Source: Rhizophagus irregularis | Taxonomy: Eukaryota | Reading direction: 5' to 3' | Assembly: GCF_026210795.1 (NCBI RefSeq) | Contig: NC_089435.1 | Span: 4,960,001-5,024,000 of the forward strand | Length of the DNA: 64,000 nt | Part shown: one piece after another, positions 36,540-47,591 of the stretch | Numbering within the stretch: the stretch's first letter is position 1 | How the letters are laid out: each line of letters opens with the position of its first letter | Made by a program: the position numbers and the translations under genes | The notes under the pieces: generated by a model | Databases searched by the model: none | Seen by the model: the letters and a program-made list of their open reading frames with translations, nothing else | Told to the model about the DNA's origin: nothing

Positions 36540-38804
36540 TTATTGTAACCTATATTTTTTGGATTTTTTTAGAAAATTAGGAACTTTATTTGATGCAAAA
36601 TATAATTGCCGATTTTCATACTCTAGCATTTCTAAGATCGCTGATTTTCGTGAATTTTTATTCCCCCCATCTTTCAATGTATTTTGAAAATAAAGGCACA
36701 CCTGCATATGGTTCTTTTTTTCTACTGGTGAACATGAAAATGCAGCCAATCCAAACTCGTGATGGATTTCAAGAAACTCTGCGGCATGATTACATAAAAC
36801 ATGAATGTATGGTGTTATATCTTGGACACGATACATACCTCTAACAAAATTACTTCTATTTGGATGTCCTGTAGAAGGAGCTGTAAATGCATCTAACCAA
36901 GATTTGGCCTTATAACGAAAAAATTCGCCTGTTGTTTTCTTGTCTTGCATTAAATGATATAGTTCATTAAATTGATCCCACAAAGCACGAATTTGTATAG
37001 CTCTCGTTATTGATTGAAAAACAGCAAAAAGATCAAATCCTTTGAGGATTTTTAATTTGTCTGGACCCATCAGCGAAGTGTATAATAAATTATTGGTATT
37101 TTTTTCATGCCAAAATTGAAATGATATGTTAAGCCTCTGCATTTCCAATAAAATTTTGGCTTTCCAAATTTCTTCATCTGCAGTTTCACGGCGAAGATCA
37201 GAAATCATTAGCTCCCACAATCTATCTGTTATCCGCAAAAAAATATGCAATTCGTCAACTACCCAATTTTGTAGTGGTATCATAAAATAATGGTTCTTTG
37301 ATGTGGCCATTTATTTGTTTGTAATTAATTTTAATATCATCCATTGATTTGTTAATTGTTTTTGACGTAGTAATAATATCATTTTTGCTACAATCACACC
37401 AAGGACAAAAGTATTGTGCGTTAGCAGCTTTCATTCCCAAACAAATTGCCAAAAATTTCCAATCGGAACTGAAATACAATTCTACTGGCCAATGATTACC
37501 ACCTATTTGATAAAAACCTCTCTCTTTTAATACATTTAAATCAGAAATTAAAGGAGCTAGTGCATTTCTAAGAGAATCATATGTTTCAGCACCTGGATAT
37601 AAAACTAATGTGTAGTGATTATCTGGTTTCTGTAATCTATTTAGATCATTTAATAATGTCATTGTTATCATGACGTGTTTTACTTTGCGTCCCACATTAC
37701 GACCATCTCCTGAAATTCGAATATGTAAAGTTGATCTTCTAGGAATTAAAATTCCTTTTTCAATATATAATGGTATAATGTAATTTAAAATATCTGTTAT
37801 ACGGCGCTGTCCTCCTTTGCCAATTGATTCCAACATATTCATAATAATTGTACTATCAGTAATATCTGGATTTCCTGTAATTGGTTCAAATGCAGTTGGT
37901 TGTAACAAATCAACTAGAGTCATTGGAACTTTTTTTTTCATTTCTGCATTGATTTTTTGTCGGAAATCACATATTACATTTTCACGTGGAAGATCTTCAA
38001 TTCGTGCCAGAGATCGATAAGCTTCTCTTGAGATATGGCCCCTATCCAAAGACTTAACCACTGCTTCAATTTTTTTCATTTCCTCTATTTTACCCAACTT
38101 TCCAAAATTAATTTCATATATATCATCATAAGTTTCAAATTTTATTTGTTTAAGCTTTATTTGATCATCTGGATGAAATGTATTTCCTTTTTCTTTTTCA
38201 ACTATATCTAGGACACGTTGTGACAATCCAAGTATTTTGCGACGTTTTTGAGAATTACCAAGTTCATCAAATGGACGAATTTTAAGGTCTAAAGACATTG
38301 TTTTGCGCACTCGTTCAACACTCAGTAACTTGAGGCCAAAAAGTAAAGGACCAGATATTTTTCCTTTATTCTTTCTATTTGACTGGTTTCTATTTTGATT
38401 TTTTCCAATCTCTTTCGTTTTATTAAACTCCTAATTGTATAAATTAATTAACATTATTTGTTAAATATTTTTTTTTCAAATAAGTGTACCTGGTAGTACT
38501 TGCAGGCAGCATCTGTCAGAGACTCCCAGGAATGTACCTCTCTTGCAAAATTATCCCCAAAGCAAATTTTATATAAAGGCCTTTTTTCCATATATTCAAT
38601 TGAACATTTAACTGTATGCATTGCTTTGCCATATTGGGTCTTGACAATATAATTATGAGGAATGGAATGTTTCAGATTTTTGGTATAATAAAGTTGTTCA
38701 GCAAGAGGATATGTTCCTTCTTTTATGATCTCATAAAAAAAAGTTCTTTTATTATCAAAAAGCTTTATAAATACACTTTTGGGATAAGTGCTTTCTTCTA
38801 TCAT
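36540..38804 (-). mobile_element. RAG1/Transib-like DDE transposase (~735 aa; one intron, one frameshift)
   Basis: Exon 1 38804-38490, GT-AG intron 38489-38431, exon 2 38430-36540 with a frameshift near 37284. Motifs in RAG1-core order: ISGDG, SSDWKFL, FCPWCDC, VDELH, ITPYIHVLCNH, GLAAFSCSPVEKKNH. Confidence 0.82.
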
Positions 38805-39914
38805 AGTTTATGACTACTCCTAGTTTTGACAAAAATATGAATAAAAAAAAATATGTGAAAAAGGTGATTAAAAAGTGAAAATATATAAAAAAAATATAGT
38901 TACCGAGATGTGAAATAACTGGGATTGCTATGATGAAATGAATAAAATATAAACACCATAACAGGACTGACGTGTGGCGGGTGGCCACGTGGATGTATTA
39001 AACAAGATACGAACCAGCATTCAATCTAAATTTAGTTATAAGACCTGATGATCATGTCCAAATTAAAATATTATTTATTAAAAAGAGTATTTAAAAAAAG
39101 TTTTTTATCTAAATACGAATTTTTTTTTTTTGAGGAGTACATAGGCCGTATATATCTAATATATATTTTCTGATAAAAAAAAATTTTTTATTTTTTCAAA
39201 AAAAAAAAAAAAAAAAATTTTATTTTTTTCCGGTCAAAAAAAAAAAAAAAAAAAAAATTTTTTATTTTTTTTATAGATAACCTTAACTGTTAATATATAT
39301 TTTGAGTTTGGTAAGTTCCTAGAAAAAAGGTTTCATTAAGAAATGTTCAAAGAATGGACTTGAAGCCTTGTTAATGGTGTAATGGGAAACTAATGAGAGT
39401 CTATTAGGAGCGTATATTCATCATTAACATGGTCATTTTTTTTGTTTATAGGAAATAGATTTGGAGATCTTAATAGGAACGTATTCTTGTCTTTAACCTG
39501 AAGTAGAATTACGATCCAGATAATTTATGGATCGGCCACATTTTAATAATTATATACGTCTTTGATCAATAAAAGAATTATTTTTTTTTAAGATCTCTTA
39601 TAAGTATACCTCAATATATAATTTGATGAATTTAAATATCTCACCCAAAAACAAAAAAGAAAAGAAAAATTAGTAAGTTAATCAAAAATCAGAAATATTC
39701 ATCCGTATAGATAATAAAATTCAATCTGTTTTGATTATGTTTATTTTTATACTTTAATTAATAAAATAATTCATTTATTAGGGTCATCCTATGATGTTGA
39801 ATAATGACCTGCTGGTTATGCATAATTTAAGAAATGCGGGGTATCACATTCCAAATATTGATTGAGGATATTTAAAAATGTTGATCTTAGTTAATCATCC
39901 AGATCGTAACTCTA

Positions 39915-40310
39915 ACCTAAAGAAATGTTAAAAAATGGACTGACGAGTTTCTAGGTAAGTTATAATAACGGTGTATATTTGACATTTAACCTAAATTAAT
40001 ATTGTTTAACATTTCTTTTTTATTTATTCTTATAGAGAACAGATTGAGATCTTGCGTAAATTGTAATAGGAACATGCACTTGTCTTTGACTAAGAAATGT
40101 TAAAAAATGGATCGAGATCTTGAGTAAGTTTATAATAGTTACAGTATGTATATTTAGCATTGATCTAAAGACACATTACATTGTTAGTGTTTTTTTCTTT
40201 ATTTTTATAGGGAACCTTATGTACAGTAAATTGTAATAAAAAACGTGATTGTCATTAAACCTAAAGAAATATTAGAAATGGACCTGGAATCCTTAGATAA
40301 GTTGTATGTT
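39915..40310 (+). repeat. ~170-bp degenerate tandem repeat (3 units), each with an intron-like segment
   Basis: AAGAAATGTTAAAAAATGGA...GTAAGTTTATAATA...TTTATAG...GTAAATTGTAATA recurs at ~39920, ~40092 and ~40263; a related copy lies at ~39338. Confidence 0.65.
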
Positions 40311-41418
40311 CGTTTTTTGCTAAAGCTCTGTTAGTTAGAAGGATAAACTTATTATCTTTTTTATTTGTTTTTTTAACCATATAGAAATAAATTTTTTTAT
40401 TTCTTTGATTTAGATGTCATCAATTTATCGATGATAGCAATTATCCTCATATTAAATATATGGCTTCTAACAATTAACAAACTGTTACATATCAATGCAT
40501 TAACTTTCATAATACGAAGGGCATAAAATCTTTATTTTACTTATGTAAATTTACTATATTTTATAATACTTTAAATAAAATCTTCATCAGTTTTATAATA
40601 AACTACCAAAGATAAAAAAACAAATCATAGATCAATAATTGCAAATTTAAAAATGGATAAACGATACTTTTTATGATAGTAAGATGGTGTAAAAAACATT
40701 TATTTTTATTTTTTTATTATGTCTATAGATATCTTTTTATTTGGCTAACGTTTAAATATTTTTTATGGTAATTACAAACAAAAAATAAATTTCAAATATC
40801 TAAATTTATGTAAGTTCATCTTGATTTAAGAAACCTATAATTTAGAATTGGCTTCGTATCATTTTTGTATTAATATTAATTTTAAATTCTGGCCAAAATT
40901 ATGCTAATTCTGGCCAAAATTTAAATCACGTTAAATTGTATTTTTTAAAAGTTAAATCTACTTATCTGGTTATTGTATTTCACATCCTAATTTTGCTGCA
41001 TCTTTTTTAGTATAAAATTCAACATATTTAGACAATGAATCAAATTCGCCGATATGTTATAATGATCTATTTAACGGCAGATTTGCGTAATCATATGCTA
41101 GCTGAACATACTATAATAAATTTATTATAGTCAAATGACATGTGATTACTTGAATCTGACAATATTTACTGACTATGGGAAAATTTTGCCAATCAATCTA
41201 AAGCATATGACAATTGCCAAGATACAATGATGATTTACAAATTAAAGTGTCAATTATTTTTACCGACAAATAGTTCACTGACAATAAATTTTGATAATCA
41301 GATGTATAACTATAACAATAATATATAAACTAATTGTTTTCGAGATAAGATAACAAATTTGAGTTACATTATGAAATATGAAAAAATAAATTTTTTTTTA
41401 TATAAATCTACCAATTTT

Positions 41419-41819
41419 TTTTATTGCTGTTTTCTAATTACTGTGATCTAGCATTTTTTAATAAAAAAAAATATTTTTTGAGAAAACATGTGAAAATAAA
41501 AATTTTATTGCATTTTCAAATAAAGGAGGTATGATTATAAGCTAAAAATTATAATTTTAAGAAAAAATTTTCAATCTTTAAATAAGTTTGCTTATAAATA
41601 ACTTTTAAAACCGATTTGTTACACAAAATTTATAAAGTTACTTATAAGTAAACTTATTTAAAAATTGAAAATTTTTTCTTAAAATTATAATTTTTAGCTT
41701 ATAATCATACCTCCTTTATTTGAAAATGCAATAAAATTTTTATTTTCACATATTTTCTCAAAAAAATTTTTTTTTATTAAATAATGCTAGATCACAGTAA
41801 TTAGAAAACAGCAATAAAA
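41419..41819. repeat. Long near-perfect palindrome / foldback (~190-bp arms, ~20-bp spacer)
   Basis: 41419-41609 is the reverse complement of 41629-41819 (e.g. TTATTGCTGTTTTCTAATTACTGTGATCTAGCATT / AATGCTAGATCACAGTAATTAGAAAACAGCAATAA) with few mismatches. Confidence 0.92.
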
Positions 41820-41902
41820 CAACACTTTATTAATTATTTACTCTTTTTCTTCCATCAAATCCTTTCCAACCCGTTACTTTTCTAAAATCTTTTTCTTACG
41901 TA

Positions 41903-42520
41903 ATGTCTAACGACCTCGCTAAATTAATAAATGGTCCAGCAGATGAAAAAATCGCGTCAAAAATAGGCAATCAAAGTAATAGATCTCCAACAAAATCCCA
42001 AAATCCTAAAACTCATAAATGCCAAGTTTGCACTCATGAATTCAACAGACTGGAACATTTAAACTGACATATCTGAACTCACACTGGAGAACAATCCCAT
42101 AAATGTACTTAGAACAGGTGTTCCAAAAGATTCTCCAGATCTGATGAATTGACGAGATATAAAAGAACTCATGATAACACATTTAAAAAGAGAAATCACC
42201 GAAATAAAAAGATGATTGCAGTTTCTTTTAAAAATTTGTCAACTCTTTATATCCGTGATCAAGTTCAAAATAAAGGAAATAATTCATCATCCCCATTATC
42301 TCGTACGATTACAACATATATTTTTACTGAATCTATAACTTCACATCCTAATTCTTCATGGCAAAAACCTTTTAATTGTCCAATTAATGGATGTATGAAG
42401 AACTTCACTCGACATGGATATTTATCAAGACATATACAGTCTTGTCAATCAAAATGTAATCGTAAAGAAAATGAGAAACCTGTTCACCCTCCAAGTCCTA
42501 TTACATCTTGTATTAACTAA
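41903..42520 (+). pseudogene. CreA/Mig1-like C2H2 zinc-finger pseudogene
   Basis: From ATG 41903 in one frame: [50 protein letters not shown], plus a third finger FNCPINGCMKNFTRHGYLSRHIQSC. Stops at 42065, 42074 and 42110. Confidence 0.85.
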
Positions 42521-45500
42521 TTTTTTTCAGTATTTAATATTTCAAAATATGAAATACTATTTTTTGTATAACACAATGCATAATATAAAAAGTTACTATT
42601 TTATTTAATTATTTAATGTATCAGGTGTTACTTTCTAAATGAACTGCAATTTAATTTGTATAAAAGAAAATTGTATTATTTCGTACACGGCCATTTCTTA
42701 TCTCTTTTCTTCGTGTTCAGATGATACCTCTCATTTGTTATTATTTTTATTCCTTATATATATTGAAAAACTCACAGGTGTCATCCTGCTGGTATTGAAT
42801 GTAATCCTAATAGCAATAACACAATTAGTTTGCGTATGTTAATTTCAAATTATTCCTATTATTATTGTTTACAACTTTTTGGGTATAAAAAATAGATACT
42901 TGCGCTTCTAGTGTTATGGTTGTTAGTCCTTCGAATGATTTGCCTGTAGAAGTCCACAGAAACAGCGGTTGTAGATATTTAAAGAATCCTAAGTTTGTTC
43001 GGAAGGAGTAAAGGTCGAATAATATCTGTGCGAAGTAATTTTAAATAAATAATGTATAATAAGTTTATTAACCAAATTTTTATATAGTAAAATACTGTAT
43101 ATCAGATTATCAGTATATAATAATAAGAAAAATCTATATCAATAATGATGTAATTGATGTATAAAAATAATGTCATTACGAGCTATACTATTTAATATGA
43201 AATATATTTGTCATTATAGATAAATAGTCTTTTTTTTTTTGATTGGACGTATCACGTGATCATGCTGTGGTGCGGCGGGTGCGGCGCATGATTCCCATGA
43301 CTCCCATCATCCCATGACTTCATTTTGATTAACGCGTTTCGCGTTTTAGACTTGCTTATACTTTTTTTTTTTTATAAAAGGATTAGTAGCGCATTTCTCT
43401 ATTGAAAAATTTTGAAATACTTAATAATAAAAAAAACACATTTAAAACAAACAGTATGTCGCGTCCTACTTCAGACAACTTACCCAACTAACGTTCCAAG
43501 CCTGTCCTTTTTTGCTACGCAACTCTCCCCAGACGTGGCACCAACAACCAAAGAGGAGAGGAATGACGAAACAGTGAAATTAAGAACAAGTGGAGGAAGT
43601 AAAGGGTGGCGAACAAAAGATCTCACCATCTTTTAGCTCTGAAAATCTTTTTATGGTTGGACTTTAAGAATAATGATCAGTTTTAATTAAGGTACTATTT
43701 CTTTAAATTTCATGTTGTTTGAGAAGGAAAATCTAGACCACCATAGCATGGCAAGTTGTGGGGACTATTATTCTATTCATTTACAGCGGGAATAATTATG
43801 CACCTTTCTCACGGGTCATGTGAGGTCCATTGTTCTGAAGGAGGAACAAATTATTGGCCTCTAGCACAGTGATATCTTGTCATGGATTTATTTCCCTTGG
43901 TTTCAGAGCTCTAGAAGCTCATCGTGGCCACAGTTACGCGGTCTTAGACTGCTTACTGTGAACGTCTATCTCTGTTTTCAACATATAAATTGTGTGTCAA
44001 GGTTTTGCTGCCCAACCATTCATGTTGTTTAGTTTAATAGTACTCACTTGTTTCTTTTTTTTAGATTCATTAACATTGATGGTTTGCGGATTAACCACCA
44101 TTGATATTAATCGGAGAATTATCTTTCTATCACAAGAATAGTGTTAAATGAGTAGCACTCCACCCAGTGTTTATTTTTCATCAAAAAATCACTGTGCAGG
44201 TGGCGCACAACGTGTAAAATTTTTATGTGCGGCATTTGGATAAACTGTACATAGCTACTCCGCTGTGACACATTGGTGCTCAATCATATGTATGCGGCAC
44301 TGGTATTAAAAAAAAAAGAAATTTTATATTTATCAGATTTTGTCCATATGAAAAAACTACGCACAGCTCCGTGGTAACACATTTGCGCCAAATCATAAAA
44401 AAATTACTGTGCGGCATTAAAATTTTTTTATTAAAATTCATTTTATTTGAAATTTATTTGAATTATGAATTTGGTAATATTTATAGAAATCAAATTAAAT
44501 TTCACCCCAAAAATCAATCCAAAATCTTTTTCCTGTAAAATGTTATAGTTTATATGAGATCACAAAAAAAAGCGTAAAAAAAAAGAAAAAATTACAAATA
44601 AAAAAATTTGATAATTACAATTGTTCATTATATTTTTCATTAATTTGATACTTTCATTGCCCAATAATCGTATGCCTTATTCCAATCAAACCTGCGAAAA
44701 TTGTCGGGTCCATTTAGTAATATCATTAAATGTTTGTTTAATGATTCAATATTCATTCTGTTTCTTAACCGGGTTTTAGTAAGTTTGTGCTGAGAAAATA
44801 TTCTTTCAACTTGCGCATTGGATAAAGGAACAATTAACGAAATTTTAATTAATTTAGAAATATTTGGAAACTCGTTTGAAAAGTCTGGATACATATTAAA
44901 ATATATTCCCATCCTCCTGCTGCATCTCGACCTTTAATTTGTTTATATAATATTTCGCTACCTTCCATTCTTGCTTTACATTGTCACCATTAATTATTTT
45001 TTCCACTATATTTCCTTCATCGTCCATCTTATCTACTCCATAATAATCAGAAAGTTTTTTGATATCATCATTACCATAATTTCCTAGTTCATTTTCTTTT
45101 ATAGGTGACAATTTGAGGTCGAATATGCGAAAAGAATGATACAAATCAGATTGAGGGAATCTTGATTTTATGCTATTAATTATTGCTTCAGAAAAACTTT
45201 TAATAAATGAAGGTAATTTTCTGACAAAATATTATAATCTTGCACATATTTTTGTAAATGAGTGCCATATGAACCATCAAATCCAATAAATTGAGCCGTT
45301 ATCGCATCATATGTTGTATCCAAATGAATTTTTATATCTGCAAAACTTACGATTTCGTCAATATAAACATTAAATCTGCAAGATATTTTGTAGAGATGAC
45401 AAATTCCCAGTCTAATTCATCAAGTAAATTCTTGGCTAAATGTGGTTTTTTCATCAAATTCAACATCGTAACGTAATGCATCAATCACCGAATTCAATAT

Positions 45501-45577
45501 CTGGTGTAAATTCTTTACACCATTCGACATTGATAGCCATCTTGTATTAATTATATTAAGAATAGCTAGTTGAGGGC

Positions 45578-45791
45578 TAGTGTTTGGATCCGAAGCGGTT
45601 TTATCCGGTTTTTATCCGGTATCCGTTTCGGTTAATTCAGGATGGAACTATCAGAATTACCAATTTTTTGATTCATAATATATTAAATATTCTGGTCGAA
45701 ATTATAGTCTATTCAGAACTGAGATTTACAATCTTTTTTCGGCAATAATCTCATTTAAAATATTTAAGATTTTATCCGGATCAAAACACTA
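45578..45791. mobile_element. 214-bp hAT MITE nested in the hAT transposase
   Basis: TIRs TAGTGTTTGGATCCG / CGGATCAAAACACTA and a perfect 8-bp TSD TTGAGGGC (45570-45577 and 45792-45799). Confidence 0.92.
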
Positions 45792-47140
45792 TTGAGGGCT
45801 AATATTAACATTATTATTAATATGATTATTGTGACATTCTTGACATTTTTTAAAAAATCGATCTAATCTAAAAATAGCAGTACATCTGTTCTTCTAACGT
45901 CTCCTATATCATCTTTAAATTTTGCATACGTCGAAAAGAACCTGAAAAATAGTAATATAATCTTTTAATATAAGTTTCGTAATGGTTAAGATATGAGATA
46001 TGTTTGGCTGCATCTTTGCCAGCCAAATGTAATCTATGTGCAATACAATGCACAGATGTAATAAAAAGGATTAATTTTTTCAAATCGTTTAACAACACCT
46101 GTTTTTGTGCCAATCAAAGTGGCAGCCCCATCACTCCAAAAATGTAATAGATTTTCTAATTTTAACCCCTTAGCAATAATAAAATCTTCAAATTTAATGT
46201 AATTCCAAATTAACCATTCCTAAATATCGTGTAACTGGTACATTATGAGAGATATGCCGAGATACAATAGCTAAATGTTTTTCATCTGTAATAGAATTCG
46301 TTCATCGATCATGATACTCCAATTATTCGAATTTCTTATTTCTTCACATAATGCTTTTCGATTACATATACAATAGCTACTTCAATTTCTTTTGCAGATG
46401 TATTTGAGAGGTGAGAGCCATAATCATTTAATTCTGATGGTGAATCTTTTATAAGAAGTGATGGTAATTGTAAGGCTTCGGGAGTATTATTATAAAGTTT
46501 CATAACATCAGAATTTTTTCTATGGAAATCTATTAATTGATATAAATCAGGATAAACAGATAACGCTAAGTATTTTTTGCCATGAAATATATGCACTGCA
46601 TTTGCGTTATAATTTTGATTTTTATTAGTATCTCATTGATTTAAAAATTCAACCCTTATAATATTTTGATTTCGTCTTGCTTCAACTTCTGCTTTGTTGT
46701 TTTAGATAATTATTCGTTCCTTTTGCAAGTTCATTGATATATTTTTTTTTGATTCACACCACTTACAAAACATGAATAATGTTCCATCTACATTCCTATA
46801 TGCATCATTTCCATTATCCATCCATTTTGGGTCAGGATTACTTCTATTTTTACAACGTTTTACCAGATGGTTTTGATGAGTCTGGCTTTTCACTTGATGA
46901 AGCTTCACAAGAAGGTTCACATTGTTTATTTTTACCTTTGCGGGTGGTTGTGCTTCAACAAATGAAAAATATCTTTTCATTGTTATGAAACAAAGAAAAA
47001 AAAATGAATGAAAATTGCAAGTTTTCTATTTTTAATTAGTGTTAGTTTAATGCTGTAAAACACTTTTCATGAGATGATTGTCAGTATTTGGTGTTTATAC
47101 CTGCGAGGTGAACGTGAAATATGTGATAGAAAATGATCAT

Positions 47141-47245
47141 TGCAACTGTGCGCAACTGTTCGCAACTGTTCGCAACTGTTCGCAACTGTTCATAACTGCG
47201 CGCACTGTGCACACTGTGCGACAACTGTTCGCAACTGTGCGCACT
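47141..47245 (+). repeat. GCAACTGTTC / GCACTGTGC decamer tandem array in the hAT 5' subterminal region
   Basis: About 10 degenerate units upstream of the transposase start. Confidence 0.8.
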
Positions 47246-47402
47246 GCTCGCATAGGTAAAATTTTTCTGTGCGGCACAGCGTACATCATCGCCAAAAAAG
47301 GTGTAAAATTTTAATCATGTGCGGCGCACACATGCCGCACAGTGAAAAACAAACACTGGTCCAGATTTATTTATATACTAACGATTTAATTATAATATGC
47401 TT

Positions 47403-47591
47403 TACTCAAAATATTAGACAAGGAAATTTATCATATATCGATGAAAATGTTATTGAGTAAATGAAACAAGATGTTCTACGAGACATTAAGCAAGAATTAA
47501 ACCAAAATATAAGAACAATGTAATGACATCATTGGTCAGAGATAATAATGTTGAAGATGATAGTAGTGGTAGTAAAAATGATAATAGATAA
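47403..47591 (+). pseudogene. 3' remnant of the single-pass membrane gene family
   Basis: QNIRQGNLSYIDENVIE*MKQDVLRDIKQELNQNI...MTSLVRDNNVEDDSSGSKN matches the C-terminus of 5591-6595. Confidence 0.8.

Larger units (their letters stand above)
44165..47358 (-). mobile_element. Full-length but decayed hAT transposon
   Basis: 16-bp TIRs CAGTGTTTATTTTTCA / TGAAAAACAAACACTG (1 mismatch) and TGTGCGGCA subterminal repeats at both ends. Fragmented transposase on the minus strand: FCKWC, WSIMIDE, SDGAAT, VHCIAHRLHLA, NTRWLS, VPLSNAQVERIFS. No clean TSD. Confidence 0.88.

Noticed and set aside
39915..40310. CRISPR-like repeat-spacer array
   Set aside because: Units are long and degenerate, the spacers are homologous to each other, there are no cas genes, and the context is eukaryotic.
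47338..47344. RSS heptamer CACAGTG (also CACTGTG at ~44190 and CACAGTG at ~43865)
   Set aside because: The first two are part of the hAT subterminal motif. None has a nonamer at 12/23 spacing, and all are far from the RAG1-like gene.
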